From Octopus vulgaris (Eukaryota): a DNA stretch of 64,000 nt. The position numbers were made by a program, and so were the translations under genes. The DNA lies in NCBI GenBank assembly GCA_951406725.2, contig OX597814.1, positions 38,378,001-38,442,000 on the forward strand, given 5' to 3'. Of this stretch, positions 57,472-64,000 are shown one piece after another (positions within the stretch are counted from its first letter, which is position 1; the number at the start of each line of letters is the position of its first letter). The notes under the pieces are model-generated. The model saw only the letters and a list, made by a program, of their open reading frames with translations. It was not told where the DNA came from and ran no database searches.

Positions 57472-58149
57472 CATCGTTGTTTTTGATGTGTTCTTGATGT
57501 GTTCTTGATCCAAAAGCTTCACCTCATGTTGCTGTATGTACAATGTGGTCAGAATAAACATTGTTTACGGACTACTTAACGAATAATTTGGATTGTGTTT
57601 TTTCTCAAGAACATACGCATTTAAATGTCTTGTAAAATGTAGAACGTCTTACTACAATGGTGAACAAGAAGAAAATATTAGTGACGTAGTTACTTTTCAT
57701 ACAGATTCTCCTTGTCTTCTTGTAGTTTTTCGAAAACTAAAAACAGGTTAGCAATTTTTCACGCCACGCCCACAAAGAACAAGCGATAATATACAAAATA
57801 CCATATTTAAATCACTTGCGGGAAACAGTTATAGTAAACTCATGTAGTTGCAGCGCAAAATAACAGTGAACAGAAAAAAATCACTACCATTATCGTATCA
57901 AATTTAATATTACCTAATGGAAATGCTGTAAACTACAACATATAGCAATACAAATGTAAGTATTATCATATCACGGTAAAGGCAAAAATACCACGTTAAT
58001 CTCTGCAAGCTTTCTTTGAAACGGGCTACTTTGCTGACAGCGTTTGGAACATAAGACATAGCAAACCCTACTATAATGTATCATTCAGACATATGAGAGG
58101 AAATATTAAACATACCTTTAATTTTTTTGCATGGGTATTTGCTGTAATG

Positions 58150-58533
58150 TGGAGGCGCAATGGCCCAGTGGTTAGGGCAGCGGACTGGCGGTCATAGGAT
58201 CGCGGTTTCGATTCTCAGACCGGGCGTTGTGAGTGTTTATTGAGCGAAAACACCTAAAGCTCCACGCGGCTCCGGCAGGGGATGGTGGTGATCCCTGCTG
58301 TACTCTTTCACCACAACTTTCTCTCACTCTTACTTTCTGTTTCTGTTGTACCTGTATTTCAAAGAGCCGGCCTTGTCACTCTCTGTGTCACGCTGAATAT
58401 CCCCGAGAACTATGTTAAGGGTACACGTGTCTGTGGAGTGCTCGGCCACTTACACGTTAATTTCACGAGCAGGCTGTTCCGTTGATTCGGATCAACCGGA
58501 ACCCTCGTCGTCGTAACTGATGGAGTGCTTCCA
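58150..58533 (+). mobile_element. SINE family B, full length, tail type 1
   Basis: A box tggcccagtgg and B-box-like gtttcgattc. Perfect 11-bp TSD tatttgctgta at 58136-58146 and 58534-58544. Confidence 0.92.
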
Positions 58534-59060
58534 TATTTGCTGTACTCTTTGAGCCAGAGCTGAAGACAACTCTGACGACTATTTACTGTGAAATGGTTTT
58601 CATTGGAAGACAGTGGGTCTGTGGAACCATCTGTAACATGTTTAAAACAGAGGACAAAGGAAATCAGAAAGTCAAATTTTCCAAGAAAAATGTTGTCTTC
58701 GTTAGAGGATATCTCACACCCAACAATGTAAACTTAAACTGAAAGACATGCATCAGACAGGTAATTTTAGGAAATAAATGATTTGTAATTGCTACCCATG
58801 ATATATGGAGTTATTCCTAAATCTCACCTTTAAAACTGTAAATACACTACCACGTATGATGTGCTTTAATGCTTTGAAATCCCTGAAGCTTACAGAGGAG
58901 GGGCTGCACATGGTATTAAAAATCAGTAATATTGCACGAACTATAATAGAAAGGTACTTGATTAGTATCATACATACATGGATAAGTATTCATATATGTT
59001 TATACACATTCGTGTATGTGTAGGCACATGCCTACATACATTTGTATATATGCTATTTTT

Positions 59061-59417
59061 TTTTACTTGTTTCAGTCATTTGAATCCAGCCATGCTGGAG
59101 CACCGCCTTTAGTCGAGCAAATCGACCCCGGGACGTATTCTTTGTAAGCCCAGTACTTATCCTATCGGTCTATTTTGCCGAACCGCTAAGTGACGGGGAC
59201 GTAAACACACCAGCATCGGTTGTCAAGCACAAACACACAAACACATACATATATACGACAGGCTTCTTTTCAGTCTCTGTCTACCAAATCCACTCACAAG
59301 GCATTGGTCGGCCCGGGGCTATAGAAGACATTTGCCCAAGATTCCACGCAGTGGGACGGAACCCGGAACCAAGTGGTTGGCTAGCAAGCTACTTACAACA
59401 CAGCCACTCCTGCCCCT
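59061..59417 (-). mobile_element. SINE family A, full length, short internal microsatellite
   Basis: Both halves present and joined by only ~25 nt of TA/TG repeat. Confidence 0.9.
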
Positions 59418-59996
59418 ATTAGTGGATGCATTTATATAAATGTATGTATGTTTGTTTATGAGATAAATTGTCTGTGCATATTTGGGCTCATGTGACAGTG
59501 GACTTACGTTTACGAAAGCATATTTTACATAATTTCTTAAAAGATTATGACTAATATTAACTGTTATTCTTTTGCACCTCCACACTCATATTTCCGCTTT
59601 CCGAATTATTTCTGCGTTTAAAATATATTTAATCTATTCAGTATAAATTTTAACTTGTAAGACGTTAGAGAAATGTATTGTTATATTAAGTCATAAACTT
59701 AGCGAAGGAAAAAGATGAATTGTTGATAAAATAAAGCATGAAATAAATATCAGGATAGAATGGAAAAAAAATACCAAGTAGAATGATAAAATTAATGCAT
59801 TTAATGTGAAGTCGAGAAAAGTAAAATGAAAATTATGAACAATTGACTGTAGTCATGAGGTGAATATAATCTCAATAAATGTAACAAACTCATACACTAT
59901 TAAAGCAGAAAACTATACTGAGTAATAAATTAAGCACATAAGTATACGATGTGTGAAGGAAAGGGGAGAAAAAACAACCTGAAGACACTGGAATAG

Positions 59997-60230
59997 AATA
60001 CCTATTTCTTAGTTGCCCACAAGGGGCTACACGCATAAGGGACGAACAAGGACAGACAAACGGTTTAAGTCAATTACATCGACCCCAGTGCGTAAGTGGT
60101 ATTTAATTTATCGACCTCGAAAGGACGAAAGGAAAAGTCGACCTCGGCGGAATTTGAACTCAGAACATAACGGCAGACGAAATACGGCTACGCATTTCGC
60201 CCGGCGTGCTAACGTTTCTGCCAGCTCGCC
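59997..60230 (-). mobile_element. SINE family C with a single internal unit
   Basis: Reverse complement of 9411-9647. Confidence 0.9.
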
Positions 60231-62262
60231 AATACCGTCAGAGTTACATATAAGGAGTTACATATGAAATGTTTAAGATCAGAATAAGACGAAAATGTCG
60301 AGGTATCTAGAATTGGAATGAAATTTAGAGTGGAGTTCACAGTATTATATGCTTGCTTTTGTAATTCTACTCATACAAATGCACATGCAGCTGCAAATAC
60401 TTACTCACAAGATCACATTTACAAACGCATGCATATAAACACATATACGCACACACACATATGCCTAGATATATATATATATATATACGTAATTATATGC
60501 ATATACGAAAATATGTTCGAATAAACGCTTGCACGATTAAATATATCTCATACACTATCTCCTTCTTTCGCCCTGCCGCTATCTATCTGGGGGTACAATT
60601 GTGGTGAATTACTTAATTCATTACAGTTTTAAATAGAGCACTTCACAATAATTTTTGCTTACGTTTTGTTTTCTCATTTGTACATCATGCGTGGTTATTT
60701 TTCACTTGCAGCGTTCATGAGAGTCACAAGTGATCGCACTGATAAAATTAATGACAACAAAGCAAATGACGTTTATCGAATAATATCAATGATGAAAGTA
60801 AAGGCAATATTGGTAATGGGTCTAGAACTACCTATAGGCATTAGAGTACTTGTGACTTTTCTGTATTCTCTTTTTCGCTATTACCCTCACGCTATGTTTA
60901 ATTGTCTTGTTCTTACTCTCACTGAATCAGCTATATTTATGATATGAAAGCTTAGAATCTCTTTCACCAGAAAGAGAGGAGAGTTGAACGACGGTTTGGA
61001 GCATCACTCAACATTAAACGTTATTCAATCCACTATTAACATACATAAAGACTGTACTGCATGGAAGAAAGATAATGAATGCCAATTACGAAAATAAACA
61101 TACATATGTACATACGCTATCCCAAATATTCTTCACATCAGCACAGACACACAGACACGCACATATAACTACTCCGCCTATGCAAATATTTATATATATA
61201 CACGCTTATATATGTGTGTGTGTTTGTGGGTGTGTTTGTGCATGTGCGTGTGTCTGTTTGTGTGTGTATATATACATAGTATATGTATTCATGTACGTCT
61301 ATCTATGTATCTATCTATCAATCTACCTCATTTTTTCTCTATCTCTCTCTCTCTCCCTATGTGTGTGGCAATATGTGTGTGCGTATGAGTTTGTCTATCC
61401 GTGTGCATGTGTGTGTGTGTACATACATTATTTTATTATTCTGAAGTTTCTTATTCGAATGAGCTCACTATGTGCAGTTAATATTTATATATGCAAATAA
61501 ATATTTTATTTGTGTGTTCGGGAGGTCTAGAGAGCGGACGTTCGGTGAAATTGTCTGTATGAGTTTGTTATATATCATTAAATCTTAATGCATGGATAAC
61601 AGAAGTGACTCTTCTTCTAGATGTAATATTTTTACCTATAGACATAAAATTACACTCGGAATATTTTGTCTACTTCGACTGTAATCTAAAACGTCTGCAC
61701 CGGCGACGCCAGTAAATTTTGATGTATACGCTACGTTAGTACTTTTTCCAAGCAATTTCCTCACTGAGTGTTGTAGTCAGACCCGAACAGATGTATAATA
61801 CTTAGTATTAGTTTCGATGTTCATTTATGTTCTATTATATATATTTACAAGTGCTTATTCATTGCAACTAATCAATTTTTATTTGTATAAGCGTTTTCAG
61901 CTGCTTCCGAAATAGTGTTAAACAAAGACCCTAGCCATTATCTAGTTTGTATCAGTAATATTCTTCGCAGATGAAATGATCCGATAAATCGTGTATCACA
62001 GTTTTAGCATCCGTGAACTCTCAATAGGAATGTAAGCGTAATTATCATAAGTTTAGTACAGAAGATATAGGTGTGTAGCGGCTGAAAAACTTTCCTCAGA
62101 ATACAGAAACAAACTCGAATTTCTTTACATTTATTCACAGTTGCTTCAGTGAGATTTCGTTTAGAAAACTTCATGATGCATATACGTTGGTACAGAATGT
62201 GAAGCCGAAAATACATTACTTGAATTCTCTGATAATGTAACATTTTTATAGCAAATATATGC

Positions 62263-62293
<31 letters not shown>

Positions 62294-62838
62294 TAAAATC
62301 TGTTTAAAAGACAAACATACTGTGTTTATTAGGGTGTTTGCTTTTTGAGCAACGAGCTATGCCCATCTATATTTATGACCATCTGCACCATCATTGATAA
62401 TAAGGATAACAAACACGTATACAAATATCCTAGTAAATAATAGCATATGCAATTTTATGTTTCCGGAGGTTACGTTTCATTTATAATTATGTAAACTTAA
62501 TACTTTTAGTTTCTTTTAAGTAACCTCTACATTTATTTTAATCAATATCTTCACAAATTTATATACATATACATATATATATATATATGTATATATGAGA
62601 GGTTTTAGTATCCTGAATAGGCAGGTGAGGTTATGTAAGTGCTACGGAGGGATCGCTGTTGGACAACCAGTTCGATAATAACGGTTTAGCACGGGTCATG
62701 TGTGAGTGTGTATAGGTTAAATAAAATGAGACAACAAAGCCGAGGCATTGTGAATTTTCAAGGACGTTCTATAAAACGATGTGTAGACTTACAGCTGTCT
62801 CAGGGATATAAAAAAAAGAACCATTATGAGAGACAATA

Positions 62839-64000
62839 CGAGGGACGTTCAATAAGTAATGTCTTAGACCCACTTGCATTTGTTTGATCTAGTTGAAATT
62901 TTGCATGTGCAACTATCTATATCTCTATATATTAAGTGACAAATTACAGCTCTGAGCTAATTGTGGTTTCTGATTTACAGGTGTTTGAACTGAGTCAATT
63001 GTGAAATGGAGCCTGTTGAGTGTCGAGCAGAGATCCGGTTATTGTATTTGAAAGGACGCACACCACAGGAGACTTTTGATGAAATGAAAGTAACTTATGG
63101 TGATGATGCCCCATCATATGACCTTGTAAAACACTGGCATCGTGAATTCAAACATGGTCGGAACTCTGTGGAAACAGCTCCCAGATCTGGTCACCCCACT
63201 TCTGCCATTGATGAGGCATCTGTCCGTCATGTTGAGGCACCATTTTGGAAGATCGATGCATAACTATTCGCCAAATAGCCCATGAGGTCAAGATTAGTAC
63301 CGGGTCTGTGGAAACTATCATTCATGACCACTTGCATATGCAAAAGGTGTCTGCCAGATGGATTCCCAGGTTGCACACACCTTTTCAGAAGCAAGAACGC
63401 GCCGAGTGCTCGAAGATGAATTTGGAGATCTGCTAAGAAGATGAGTCAAAATTTTTCAAAAGACTGATTACACCGGATGAAACCTGGGTCCATCACTATG
63501 ATTCAGAGACCAAAGCCCAGTCAATGCAGTGGAAGCACCGTGACTCACCTCCTCCAAAGAAGGCAAGGGTGCAGCCCTCCGCTGGCAAGGTCATGCTCAC
63601 AGTATTCTGGGACCAGGACGGAGTATTGATGACAGATTTCCTGGCAAAGGGTACCACAATTACAGGAGCCTATTATGCTTCACTTTGAGGAAATTAAGAG
63701 AAGCTATCAAAATCAAGAGGCGGGGCAAGATCAGCAAAGGCATCATCCTCCTGCAGGACAACGCTCCGGTCCACAACTCGCGTGTCGCCAGATCAGAAGC
63801 ACAGGCGTGCTGCTATGAACTCCTCCCCCATCCCCCCAACGCTCCTGACCTTGCACCCTCCGATTTTCACCTCTTCCCAGCCACGAATTTATTTTTGAAA
63901 TGAAAGCATTTCACAGATGATGCAGCCTTGATTTCTAAAGTCACGCCGTGGTTGGAGGACCAAGCTGGGGTCTTCTACAAAAACGATCTCCAGCGCTGCA
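62839..64000 (+). mobile_element. Mariner (DD34D) element, runs off the window end
   Basis: TA followed by cgagggacgttcaataagtaatg left terminus; transposase begins at 63006. Confidence 0.9.
63006..64000 (+). pseudogene. Mariner transposase pseudogene
   Basis: HTH domain, ARWIPRL, PDETWVHHYD, LQDNAPVH and APDLAPSDFHLF with 34 residues between the last two Asp. Frameshifts at ~63240 and ~63684; stops at 63434 and 63901. Confidence 0.9.

Noticed and set aside
58150-58225. tRNA gene
   Set aside because: It is the tRNA-derived head of a SINE, continuous with the SINE body.
62595-62836. Possible Penelope terminus (ttacagctgtctc) next to the mariner
   Set aside because: No CUGANGA box recoverable; too degenerate to call.

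Overview
AT-rich, repeat-dense animal genomic DNA with no recognisable host protein-coding exon, so it is probably intergenic or a large intron. The tRNA-derived SINE families and abundant (TA)n/(CA)n/(TAA)n microsatellites suggest an octopus/coleoid cephalopod genome (inference from recalled repeat families, not a database match). Almost all ORFs in the track are microsatellite artefacts or fragments of decayed transposons. Identified elements: an L1/Tx1-like LINE with two nested SINEs, a CR1/L2-group LINE, three Dong/R4 fragments beside trinucleotide repeats, an RTE remnant, a Penelope RT fragment, a Tc1 and three mariner copies, three SINE families and two fold-back elements. The most notable signal is a 463-bp non-coding repeat unit at 18.2-19.0 kb that sits inside a (TA)n tract and carries a complete type I hammerhead-ribozyme fold (Penelope-pLTR or retrozyme-like). 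A 379-bp palindrome (48.4-48.8 kb) and a dispersed family also carry hammerhead-like motifs.
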